DNA of 42,013 bases. It comes from an uncultured bacterium (GTDB taxonomy: Bacteria; Latescibacterota; UBA2968). Below the pieces are notes generated by a model that saw only the letters and a list, made by a program, of their open reading frames with translations, searched no databases and was not told the origin of the DNA. How positions within the stretch are numbered: the stretch's first letter is position 1; each line of letters starts with the position of its first letter. This document shows positions 17,992 to 26,535 of the stretch, piece by piece. Made by a program: the position numbers and the translations under genes. The stretch covers positions 17,118 through 59,130 of the forward strand of contig CAYYGZ010000001.1 in NCBI GenBank assembly GCA_964471275.1. The letters run 5' to 3'.

Positions 17992-18701
17992 CAATTGACC
18001 GATTTGGCGATTCGACTCCAGCGGACACGATCCAGGAAGTGGGTCAGGTTGTAAAGAACGATATCCGGCAGGGATGATGCGCCCTTGTATGTGGGTGCGT
18101 CAGGATCGGGGGCCCAGCTGAAGTAGATCAGGCCCGCCCGGGCTACGATCAGGTCCCGTGGGACGAAGCCCCAGAATCGACTGTCGTCGCTGTTATCCCG
18201 ATTGTCACCGACCAGAAAGTAGTGTTCTGGAGGCACGGTTACCGGACCATAGTTATCGCGAACGCCGTTTGTCGACTCTTTTGGCAGTATGCGTGGGTCG
18301 ATGTATTTGGAACGCTCAGGGTCGATGGTGCGCTGTCCGTCGATGTAGAGAACCTTGTCCTTGATCTCGACGGTCTGTCCCGGAAGTGCAACACAGCGCT
18401 TGATGAATTCGCGTTCGGGGTCGTGGGAAAATCTGAAGATTACGACCTCACCGTTTTTCGGAGAATGGTATCCCGGCAGGCGAGTCTCAGTCATCGGGAT
18501 CTTCGCACCATACGCAAGCTTGTTTCCGATCAGGAAATCACCGACCAGTAGCGTGTCTTCCATCGATGCGGCCGGGATCTGGTAGGCCTGAACCGCAAAG
18601 ACCCTCACCGCAACTGTGCCGACAACGAGCAGAACGAGAAAGCGGACAAAGCGTGACGTGTCACTGAGGAAACCGCTGTTTGTCAGTTTTCTCTTGCCCA
18701 T
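17991..18701 (-). CDS. lepB: Signal peptidase I
   Basis: TM then AYQIPAASMEDTLLVGD (catalytic Ser), FIKRC (Lys), GDNRDNSDDSRFWG; likely start ATG 18701 directly after lepA. Confidence 0.93.
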   Translation of the reverse strand: MGKRKLTNSGFLSDTSRFVRFLVLLVVGTVAVRVFAVQAYQIPAASMEDTLLVGDFLIGNKLAYGAKIPMTETRLPGYHSPKNGEVVIFRFSHDPEREFIKRCVALPGQTVEIKDKVLYIDGQRTIDPERSKYIDPRILPKESTNGVRDNYGPVTVPPEHYFLVGDNRDNSDDSRFWGFVPRDLIVARAGLIYFSWAPDPDAPTYKGASSLPDIVLYNLTHFLDRVRWSRIAKSVN

Positions 18702-18708
18702 ACCGTGA

Positions 18709-20511
18709 TCAGGTGTCCATGCTGAGGACGGCCAGGAATGCTTCCTGAGGGATCTCCACGCTCCCAACCTGCTTCATCCGCCTCTTCCCTTCCTTCTGCT
18801 TCTCCAGCAGCTTTCTTTTTCGGGTAACATCCCCGCCGTAGCACTTCGCCGTCACGTTCTTCCTGAACGGGCGGACCGACTCTCTCGCAATAACCTTGCT
18901 GCCGATCGCCGCCTGGACGACCACCTCGAACATCTGCCGGGGGATCAGTTCCTTGAGCTTGGTGCAGAGTGCCCGGCCCCAGGGGTAAGAGTTGTCACGG
19001 TGGACGATCGCCGATAGCGCGTCGACCGGATCTCCGTTGATCAGGATCTCCAACTTTACCAACTTGGATGCGTGGTGAGTTTTGTATTCGTAGTCGAACG
19101 ACGCGTAGCCCCGGGTCACGGACTTCAGGCGATCGTAGAAATCGAGTACGATTTCGGCCAGGGGAAGCTCATATTTGAGTATCACTCGATCTGCGTCAAG
19201 ATACTCGGTGGTGATGTAGGAGCCCCGCTTGTCCTGAGCCAGTTTCATCACATTGCCGAGGAATTCTGATGGAACGAGGATCTGGGCATCCAGAATCGGT
19301 TCAGCGATATCCTCGGTCTTGCCCGGTGGGGGCATATCCGCAGGGTTCTGTACGTTCACCACGTTCCCATCCGTGAGAAGCACTTCATACTCGACATTGG
19401 GGACGGTCGTGATGATCTCCATCTCAAATTCTCGCGCGAGGCGCTCCTGAATGATCTCCATGTGGAGAAGGCCGAGAAAACCACATCTGAATCCAAACCC
19501 AAGGGCAGTCGAGGTTTCGGGCTCGTAGTGCAGGGATGCATCATTCAGGCGGAGTTTTTCAAGCGCTGATCGCAGGTTTTCATATTCGTCGGAATTGACC
19601 GGATACAGACCGGCAAAGACCATCGGCTTGACTTCCTTGTAGCCTGGCAACGGCGTATCGGCCGGATGCTCCTGTCCCGTGACCGTGTCCCCGACGCGCG
19701 CATTCTCCAGTTCCTTGATGCCGGCGATCAGGTAGCCGACTTCCCCGGCTTCGAGCTTGTTGGTCTTCACGCGACCGAGCTTGAGGTGGCCGATTTCTTC
19801 AGCGTCGTATTTCTGATTGGTCGAAAAGAAGTGGATCGGTTGGTTGAGCGTCAGCGTTCCCTCAAACACGCGAATGTAGGCCACGGCTCCTCGATATCGG
19901 TCGAATATCGAATCAAAGACGAGAGCCCGGAGGGGCTTTGCCGCATCTCCCGCGGGAGCGGGAATTCGGTTGATAATAGACTCGAGAACCTCATCGATAC
20001 CGATGCCGTTCTTGGCGCTGATCTTGAGGATGTCCGATTCTTCGACTCCCAGAAGGTCGTGGATCTGCATGACCACACGATCCACTTCCGCGCCAGGGAG
20101 GTCGATCTTGTTGATGACGGGAATGATCTCGAGATCGTGTTCCATGGCCAGAAGCATGTTGGATACGGTTTGCGCCTCGACCCCCTGACCTGCATCGACG
20201 AGAAGCAGGGCCCCCTCGCAGGCCGTCAGGGACCGGGATACTTCGTAGGAAAAGTCGACGTGGCCCGGTGTGTCGATCAGATTGAGCGTGTAGTTGCTTC
20301 CGTCGGGCGCCCTATGCCCCATCCGGACGGCGTGCGATTTGATCGTGATGCCGCGCTCACGCTCCAGATCCATGGAATCGAGCACCTGGTCCTTCATCTG
20401 ATTGTGACCGAGCGTCAGGGTGTGCTCCAGAAGCCGGTCTGCTAGGGTGGATTTCCCGTGATCGATGTGGGCTATGATGCAAAAATTGCGTATGTCGTCT
20501 GGGTGCGCCAT
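18709..20511 (-). CDS. lepA: Elongation factor 4 (LepA)
   Basis: [67 protein letters not shown]. Confidence 0.98.
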   Translation of the reverse strand: MAHPDDIRNFCIIAHIDHGKSTLADRLLEHTLTLGHNQMKDQVLDSMDLERERGITIKSHAVRMGHRAPDGSNYTLNLIDTPGHVDFSYEVSRSLTACEGALLLVDAGQGVEAQTVSNMLLAMEHDLEIIPVINKIDLPGAEVDRVVMQIHDLLGVEESDILKISAKNGIGIDEVLESIINRIPAPAGDAAKPLRALVFDSIFDRYRGAVAYIRVFEGTLTLNQPIHFFSTNQKYDAEEIGHLKLGRVKTNKLEAGEVGYLIAGIKELENARVGDTVTGQEHPADTPLPGYKEVKPMVFAGLYPVNSDEYENLRSALEKLRLNDASLHYEPETSTALGFGFRCGFLGLLHMEIIQERLAREFEMEIITTVPNVEYEVLLTDGNVVNVQNPADMPPPGKTEDIAEPILDAQILVPSEFLGNVMKLAQDKRGSYITTEYLDADRVILKYELPLAEIVLDFYDRLKSVTRGYASFDYEYKTHHASKLVKLEILINGDPVDALSAIVHRDNSYPWGRALCTKLKELIPRQMFEVVVQAAIGSKVIARESVRPFRKNVTAKCYGGDVTRKRKLLEKQKEGKRRMKQVGSVEIPQEAFLAVLSMDT

Positions 20512-20576
20512 TTACCGCTCAGGAAGAAGTGCGAATTGAAGCCAAGTTTAGAAAAGTCAACAACGTAGAGCGAAAG

Positions 20577-20605
20577 AATATACAGGTTTGCTCATGAGCC
20601 GTCAA
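20577..20605 (-). promoter_or_regulatory. Putative sigma-70 promoter for the lepA operon
   Basis: On the minus strand TTGACG-17nt-TATATT. Confidence 0.55.
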
Positions 20606-20618
20606 CGATCCCATCGAT

Positions 20619-20648
20619 TTGACTCGGTCTTCGTGAGAACGGTATATT
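20619..20648 (+). promoter_or_regulatory. Putative sigma-70 promoter for menC-like gene (divergent from lepA)
   Basis: TTGACT-18nt-TATATT, then RBS AGGAGG and TTG 20682. Confidence 0.55.
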
Positions 20649-20681
20649 GGATGCCCGCACGTTGATCCAGGAGGGTGTGTT

Positions 20682-21794
20682 TTGAAGATCGAATCTGCAG
20701 AAGTCAGGTATGTGGAATTGCCGCTGATCAGCCCTTGGCGTACAGCCTACGGCGAAGATGCGACGATTCATTCGGTGATCGTCAGGCTGGAGGGGGGAGG
20801 ACACGAGGCGTGGGGGGAAGCAACTCCCTTCTTTGCGCCAACCTATTCCCCGGAGTCTGCGATTTCAGTGTATGAAACGGTGAATCAGTTCCTGCTGCCA
20901 ACGGTCCTGGGTGAGGAGATCGATCTCGCGGCCGAACTGTTGGACCTGATGTCGATATACAAGGGCAATCCGTTTGCGAAGGCAGCCGTAGAGACGGCCT
21001 GGTGGGGGCTGCAGAGCAAGATGCTCGGTGAGCCGCTCTGGAAGGTGCTGGGAGGGGAGTCCGATGCGATCCTCTGTGGGGCCGACTTTGGTGTCCAGGA
21101 CACGATCGACGAGCTGCTCGGCCATATCCAGGGAGCCGTTGATCAGGGCTTTCCGCGGATAAAGCTCAAGGTCAAGCACGGTTGGGATATCGAGATGCTC
21201 GAGGCGGTCAGGTCCACCTTTCCGGAACAGGTAATCCACGTGGACTGTAACTCCGGCTACGATCTGCACCAGGACGAGGGCACGCTGAAGGGCTTCGACC
21301 GATTCGGTCTGGCCATGATCGAGCAACCGCTGCAGGATACGGATCTGATCGAGCACGCAGAACTGCAAAAGATGATCAACACGCCTGTCTGTCTGGATGA
21401 ATCCATCAAGAACCCCAGAGACTTCGCGCTCGCCCTAGGGATCGGGGCCTGCCGTGTGGTCAACGTGAAGCCCGGCCGCGTCGGGGGGCTGTATCACGCA
21501 AAGCAGATACACGATATGGCGAAGAAGGAGGGGATCGAGGCCTGGGTTGGCGGAATGCTCGAGAGCGGAGTCGGTGCCGGTATCTGCGCAGCTTTGGGTA
21601 CCCTGTCCGGATTCACGTATCCCGCAGACCTGTTTCCGTCAACCAAATGGTATGTCGAAGATATCACGGATCACTGGGTTGAACTGGATGACGATTGCAC
21701 AGTGAGACTCGGGTATCGACCCGGCGTGGGGTTCGAGCCCGTAGCTGAGCGGCTGGAAAGGGTAACTCAGAGGAAAGACGCTCATTCAGTCTGA
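20682..21794 (+). CDS. menC: o-succinylbenzoate synthase / N-acylamino acid racemase (enolase superfamily, NSAR/OSBS subfamily)
   Basis: P.YS.E, AKAAVETA.W, RIKLK, HVDCN, IEQPL, CLDESI, NVKPGRVGG, WVGGMLESGVG. Confidence 0.8.
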   Translation: MKIESAEVRYVELPLISPWRTAYGEDATIHSVIVRLEGGGHEAWGEATPFFAPTYSPESAISVYETVNQFLLPTVLGEEIDLAAELLDLMSIYKGNPFAKAAVETAWWGLQSKMLGEPLWKVLGGESDAILCGADFGVQDTIDELLGHIQGAVDQGFPRIKLKVKHGWDIEMLEAVRSTFPEQVIHVDCNSGYDLHQDEGTLKGFDRFGLAMIEQPLQDTDLIEHAELQKMINTPVCLDESIKNPRDFALALGIGACRVVNVKPGRVGGLYHAKQIHDMAKKEGIEAWVGGMLESGVGAGICAALGTLSGFTYPADLFPSTKWYVEDITDHWVELDDDCTVRLGYRPGVGFEPVAERLERVTQRKDAHSV

Positions 21795-21841
21795 GGCAAA
21801 CCGCATCTTGAGCCTGCTACAGCGGGTTGGGTCCGATTGAC

Positions 21842-21866
21842 CCGGGGCACTGCCCCGGATCTTTTC
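21842..21866 (+). terminator. Possible intrinsic terminator after menC-like gene
   Basis: CCGGGGCA-c-TGCCCCGG inverted repeat followed by ATCTTTTC. Confidence 0.45.
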
Positions 21867-21915
21867 TATGTACCTGAGTATTGTTGAGATCTACCACTGC
21901 CATCCCCGGGAGGGA

Positions 21916-22065
21916 ATGATGAGATTTCTGGTCGACGTGGTGGGGAACACAGAAGAGATTCAGAATCTGAAGTCTGGTGGGTTGGTGGTTGCGGCGCTCT
22001 GTGTGCTAATCGTTGTCCTCTTCGTTCTGATGAGCGTGGGCATAGCGATAGAGCCGGGCATCTAG
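21916..22065 (+). CDS. Small putative single-pass membrane protein (49 aa)
   Basis: RBS GGAGGG before ATG 21916; hydrophobic stretch GGLVVAALCVLIVVLFVLMSVGIAI. Confidence 0.45.
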   Translation: MMRFLVDVVGNTEEIQNLKSGGLVVAALCVLIVVLFVLMSVGIAIEPGI

Positions 22066-22116
22066 GATGCCGGGACATCTGTCGAGACGACAACACAAGC
22101 CGATTGGCCGGATCCG

Positions 22117-23106
22117 CTAGAGTCGGATCAACTCACCATCGTTTCTGGCCGATCGCTCTGCAGCAAGACAGGTCGCTGTCACGTTCAGCACGTTCTGCGT
22201 CGAGACGAAATTCTCTTCCCCTTTCTCGAAGGCAGCGATCGCATTCTCTACAAATCCTGCATTGCTGGCTTCGGGCGTATCGGGACTGTAGCGGCCATTC
22301 CTCTCGGAGCAGATCAGCAGTCCGTCCTCGGCGTAGGCTCGCAGATGCGCAGACCCCTCTGTGCCCATGATGATGAAGCGGGTGTCGCCGAAGGAGGGTG
22401 AGTTCTGGGGGGTGAGCCAATCCGCCGTCGCCGTGGCGAGCGCACCGGTTGACAACTGGATCGATGCCTGCACGTGATCCACTTCCAAGCGGGGATGACC
22501 CGTCCATCTCTTGACGGTGGAGAAGGCGTGGACGGCTGTGGCGGTTGAGCCCGAGAGCCAGAGAATCTGGTCAACGCCGTGACCGGCGAGATCGTGGAAG
22601 ACGCCCGCGTATCGAGACGGGTCGAAGTACCAGTCGGGCGTGGTGTCTGCCAGCTTGTGCGGATGCGTTGTGATCAAGCTGACCAGCTCACCGAGTTCGC
22701 CATTTTCGATCGCTTTCCTGAGTGCGACAAACGGTGGATGGCTGCGCGATGTGAAATTCATGGTGAGTTTAATCCCGCTCGCCTCGACCGCTCGCCGGAT
22801 TCGACCGTAGTCGGCGCCGCTTCTGCAGAGCGGCTTGTCCAGGAACGTGTAGACGCCGTGTCTGGCGCACGTTTCGACGAGGTCCGCCTTCTCCTCGTGC
22901 CGCATTCCCTCCGCGACCATGTCAGAGGCGTCGACCAGGGCCTCGAGGCTATCGAACCGAGCCAGTTCGTGTTCATCCGCATACTTGTGGAACAACCCGT
23001 CATCGGGTTCGAAAATCCCGATCACTTCTCCGTTCGATGCACTGATGGCCGAGCGAAACATCCCGCCAATGTGTCCGTAGTGGACCCCCGCAATCCCGAT
23101 TTTCAT
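22117..23106 (-). CDS. Gfo/Idh/MocA family oxidoreductase
   Basis: MKIGIAG..YGH, DKPL, G.LGEL, GVFHDLAGHGVD, GTEG. Confidence 0.85.
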   Translation of the reverse strand: MKIGIAGVHYGHIGGMFRSAISASNGEVIGIFEPDDGLFHKYADEHELARFDSLEALVDASDMVAEGMRHEEKADLVETCARHGVYTFLDKPLCRSGADYGRIRRAVEASGIKLTMNFTSRSHPPFVALRKAIENGELGELVSLITTHPHKLADTTPDWYFDPSRYAGVFHDLAGHGVDQILWLSGSTATAVHAFSTVKRWTGHPRLEVDHVQASIQLSTGALATATADWLTPQNSPSFGDTRFIIMGTEGSAHLRAYAEDGLLICSERNGRYSPDTPEASNAGFVENAIAAFEKGEENFVSTQNVLNVTATCLAAERSARNDGELIRL

Positions 23107-23140
23107 CTCTGTCTTTCCTGTTCTGTGGTGGACGGCTTCG

Positions 23141-24265
23141 CTAGAGTGCGCCGCCCGAGTAGTGTCTGATCCGATCCCAATCGAGGACGATACCGAGCCC
23201 TGGTGCCGTGGGGATCTCGAGAAGGCCTTCGCTGTCGATTACGAAGGGTGTGGTCACGATCTCCTCGATGTATGGAGAAGGTGTGATGTATTCGACCCAG
23301 CGGGCCGTCGGATGTGCCGAGGCAATGTGCAGATCGGTTGCCAATCCGAGGGCTGTGTTCCAACCGTGCGTCACAAGCAGGATGTTGTGATCGAGGGCCA
23401 TCCAGAGGATACGTCGCAGCTCAGAGATTCCCCCCACCTTGGTCACGTCCGGCTGGATGATGTCGAAGGCACCGCGCTCGATGAAAGGGATGAAGCTCTG
23501 ACGTCGTGTCAGCACATCACAGCCAGCGATCGGAACGGGTGAGTGATCACGCAGCCGCACAAACCCGTCGATGTCATCCGGCGGGAGTGGCTCCTCGAAC
23601 CAGACGACGTCGTAGTCTGCGAGCATTTTGGCACGCTCGAGCGCCCACTTGTATCCGTGAGGCCAGAACTGATCGCTGCCCCCAGCATCGACCATCAATT
23701 CCACCTCCGGCCCAACCGTGTCACGAGCGGTCTTGATCAGCTTTTCGTCCATCGCCGCGTCGACACGACCAAAAGGCCCCCAGCCCAGTTTGAGTGCCGT
23801 GAAGCCGCGAGACGTTGCTGCCGTGAGGATGTCGGGGAAGGTCACCGGATCTTCGAACAGCAAAGATCCGTAGGGCTTGATCCGGTCTCGATAGCACCCG
23901 CCGAGCAGTCTTCCGACAGGCTGACCGCAGACTTTGCCGAAGATATCCCACAAGGCAATGTCAATCCCGCTGACCGCGTGGGTGACCGCGCCGCCTCGTC
24001 CCTGCCAGAAGGTCATCTGCAGGAGTTTCTCGGAGACGCGCTCCGGCTCGATCGCCGACTCGCCGATCAGGGCCGGGCGGAGAAGCTCCAGTGCACCCTC
24101 GACAAGCCCGCGGCTCGTGAAGCTGCTGCCAACACCCGTTATGCCTTCATCTGTATCGACGACGACCAGCGTGTGCAGGTTCTCATCGGGGCCCGGTTCA
24201 CGAGACCATCCCGTTTCCGGTGTCTTGCCGAACAGAGGCACTGTTCTGATTTCTGTGATTCTCAC
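23141..24265 (-). CDS. Mandelate racemase/muconate lactonizing enzyme family (probable acid-sugar dehydratase)
   Basis: V.TDEGITG.G, SGIDIALWDIFGK, LMVDAG, WFEEPL, DIIQPDVTKVGG, THGW. Confidence 0.88.
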   Translation of the reverse strand: MRITEIRTVPLFGKTPETGWSREPGPDENLHTLVVVDTDEGITGVGSSFTSRGLVEGALELLRPALIGESAIEPERVSEKLLQMTFWQGRGGAVTHAVSGIDIALWDIFGKVCGQPVGRLLGGCYRDRIKPYGSLLFEDPVTFPDILTAATSRGFTALKLGWGPFGRVDAAMDEKLIKTARDTVGPEVELMVDAGGSDQFWPHGYKWALERAKMLADYDVVWFEEPLPPDDIDGFVRLRDHSPVPIAGCDVLTRRQSFIPFIERGAFDIIQPDVTKVGGISELRRILWMALDHNILLVTHGWNTALGLATDLHIASAHPTARWVEYITPSPYIEEIVTTPFVIDSEGLLEIPTAPGLGIVLDWDRIRHYSGGAL

Positions 24266-24275
24266 TCTGTCTTCC

Positions 24276-25061
24276 TCATATGGATTCCCACATCTCTCTC
24301 AGATAGGACAGGACAGTCTCAGCTTCGTTGTCGAAGTCACCGAATCGGCCCCCGTTGTCTTCTACCGAAATCCGCCCGGTATAGTCGAATTTCTTCAAAG
24401 CGGTAAGATAGCCGTGGTGATCGAAATCCGTGTCGTGCTGGATCAATCCGTCGATGTTGGGCACGGGCAGGTGAACGTGCTTGAGGTCGGCCCGTACCCC
24501 TGCCAGCTCAGTGAGGGGATCACCGTTCGTGTGCATATGGTAGAGGTCCGCGAGCGTTCCGATCTCCTGTCGTTCGCTGGCATCTGAGAGCGCGTGCGCC
24601 TCGGACACGGTGAGGATATAGTTGCAGGCGTCCGAGCAGAGCGGTTCGATCACGATCGTGATCCCGGCGGGACCGGCGATGTCTGCAGCGAGGTTGCAGA
24701 ATGCCAGTAACTGGTCTCTTGCGGTCGACCGATCCCATCCCTCTGGGATCATTCTTGCCCCGCCGCTGCCCAGCACGATGATCTCGGTGCCCAGGCCTGA
24801 GATTCGCGAGATGATCGTGTCGACGTGTTTGCGGAGGGAATCGTTATTCACGTCAGGTCCGATAATCGGGAGCGTTCCCGGAAGGAACACGTTGAGCGCC
24901 TCGACTGTCAGACTTGACGACCGGATGGCATCACGGTAGCGGTCGGCCGCTGGCGGCGGCTCATCGACGCACAGAACTCGAACCGGTGATTCGATGAATT
25001 CGTAACCTGCTGCCTCGATCGTTTCTAGACGTTCCAGGTCACCGCAGCATCCCCATCTCAT
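24276..25061 (-). CDS. Sugar phosphate isomerase/epimerase (xylose-isomerase-like TIM barrel)
   Basis: AGYEFIE, IVLGSGGAR, IVIEPL, LADLYHM, HVHL, ISVE metal-ligand pattern. Confidence 0.85.
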   Translation of the reverse strand: MRWGCCGDLERLETIEAAGYEFIESPVRVLCVDEPPPAADRYRDAIRSSSLTVEALNVFLPGTLPIIGPDVNNDSLRKHVDTIISRISGLGTEIIVLGSGGARMIPEGWDRSTARDQLLAFCNLAADIAGPAGITIVIEPLCSDACNYILTVSEAHALSDASERQEIGTLADLYHMHTNGDPLTELAGVRADLKHVHLPVPNIDGLIQHDTDFDHHGYLTALKKFDYTGRISVEDNGGRFGDFDNEAETVLSYLREMWESI

Positions 25062-26215
25062 GGTTTGTCTTTCTTGAGTTTGAACCGATCTCGAGCCTTC
25101 GTGAATGCTCCGTTCGATGGTTCGCCGTCGATGGCCAGATCAACCAGGGCTCTCCCTGTGACCGGACCCAGCTTGAATCCGTGACCCGAGAAACCGGATC
25201 CGATCACGCAAGCCGGATTGGCCGGATGGTGATCGATGATGAAGTCCTCGTCTCCGGTGTTGGTGTAGTGACACTTCTCCACACTTAGGACCTCGATCAG
25301 CCTGGCTGCAAAGCACTCCCCGGCAAATGCAGTCGAATCCTTGATTTCGGCGGAAGTCGGGTCGACAGGGTCATCAGGATCGTCGTCACGTCCGGATACG
25401 ATGTGCCGGGCCATCTTGATCCCTGGCTGACCGAATTCCGGAAGTCCATAGTAGCTGAAGTCGCTGTCTCCACCGAGATAACCCCACACCGGGCATGCAC
25501 CTAGGCCGTGGGCCTCCGTGGTCGTATCCAGTCGGAGAAACAGAACGGTCTGTCGTGCGACGGTGACGGTGTCCTGCAGCTCGGGAATCAATCGTCTCAC
25601 CCAGGGGCCAGCGGTAACGACCAGCGATTCGGCGGTCAACGTGCTGGAAGCTGTGGCCAATTCGATCGGCGAACAACCGAGGTCGATGCCGGTGACTGAG
25701 GTTTCCTCAATCACGTCGATGTGCTCTGCTGCATAGCCGGCAAGGCCGACGATCGTTTCTTGTGCTGCGACAAGTCCTGCGGTTCGGTCCAGGATGACGC
25801 CCGGTGTATCGCTGAAACGGAATTGAGGGTACTTCCGACGTGCCTCCTCTACGGATGTCTCAACGCAGTCTATACCGACGTTCGTGACCGCCCTTGCATA
25901 ACGCTCGTATTTGCCCCCGGCCGGACCGAAGAAACAACCCTCGGTGGGATACACGAGTTGCGATCCCAGACGCTGTTCCAGCTCCGGCCAAGCTTCCAGG
26001 TGCGCAACCTGCATCAGGTTGACATAGTCCTCATTCACATAAGCGCTGCGTGTGATGCGTGAGTGGCCGTGCGAGCTCCCTCGATCGTGCCCTAGTTTGT
26101 ACTGGTCAATCAGCGCGACGGGACCTATTCCTCGTTGTACCGCGTGAAACGCGGCGCAGAGGCCGTTCACGCCGCCGCCGAGGATGACGAGTCGATAAGG
26201 TTGTGATGAGGTCAT
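25058..26215 (-). CDS. Monomeric sarcosine oxidase / N-methyltryptophan oxidase family flavoprotein
   Basis: Start ATG 26215; ILGGGVNG, GSSHGHSRITR, KCHYTNT (covalent-FAD Cys position), FIIDHHP, GFSGHGFKLGP. Confidence 0.87.
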   Translation of the reverse strand: MTSSQPYRLVILGGGVNGLCAAFHAVQRGIGPVALIDQYKLGHDRGSSHGHSRITRSAYVNEDYVNLMQVAHLEAWPELEQRLGSQLVYPTEGCFFGPAGGKYERYARAVTNVGIDCVETSVEEARRKYPQFRFSDTPGVILDRTAGLVAAQETIVGLAGYAAEHIDVIEETSVTGIDLGCSPIELATASSTLTAESLVVTAGPWVRRLIPELQDTVTVARQTVLFLRLDTTTEAHGLGACPVWGYLGGDSDFSYYGLPEFGQPGIKMARHIVSGRDDDPDDPVDPTSAEIKDSTAFAGECFAARLIEVLSVEKCHYTNTGDEDFIIDHHPANPACVIGSGFSGHGFKLGPVTGRALVDLAIDGEPSNGAFTKARDRFKLKKDKP

Positions 26216-26468
26216 TTGGGCTGGACCAGTGCGGTTGTCCGGTAGACGTCGACGAAATATAGAACCGGGATTCTGATCATACAACTGAAGTTCCCGGTGG
26301 ATCCCGCCATATCTGCGGTCATTCCCGGGTCGAGACCGACAGTTTCATCCACGAGTGAGCGGCAGACTGCCATATTGGCATTGAAGCTGCAGTGCTGTCT
26401 GCCGGCTGTATCACAGGAGAATGATATAAGCCTTTATTAAACCTAAACATAGACTGCATGTCGCAGGA

Positions 26469-26484
26469 AGGCACGCAACTTGCG
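26469..26484 (+). promoter_or_regulatory. Putative sigma-54 (-24/-12) promoter upstream of lon
   Basis: AGGCACGCAACTTGCG = GG-N10-GC with GGCAC and TTGC, about 50 nt upstream of ATG 26536. Confidence 0.6.
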
Positions 26485-26535
26485 AAGTCGACCGGCGTGC
26501 AAAGGTAAAGCGTCGACAACGACAGGAGTACGACT

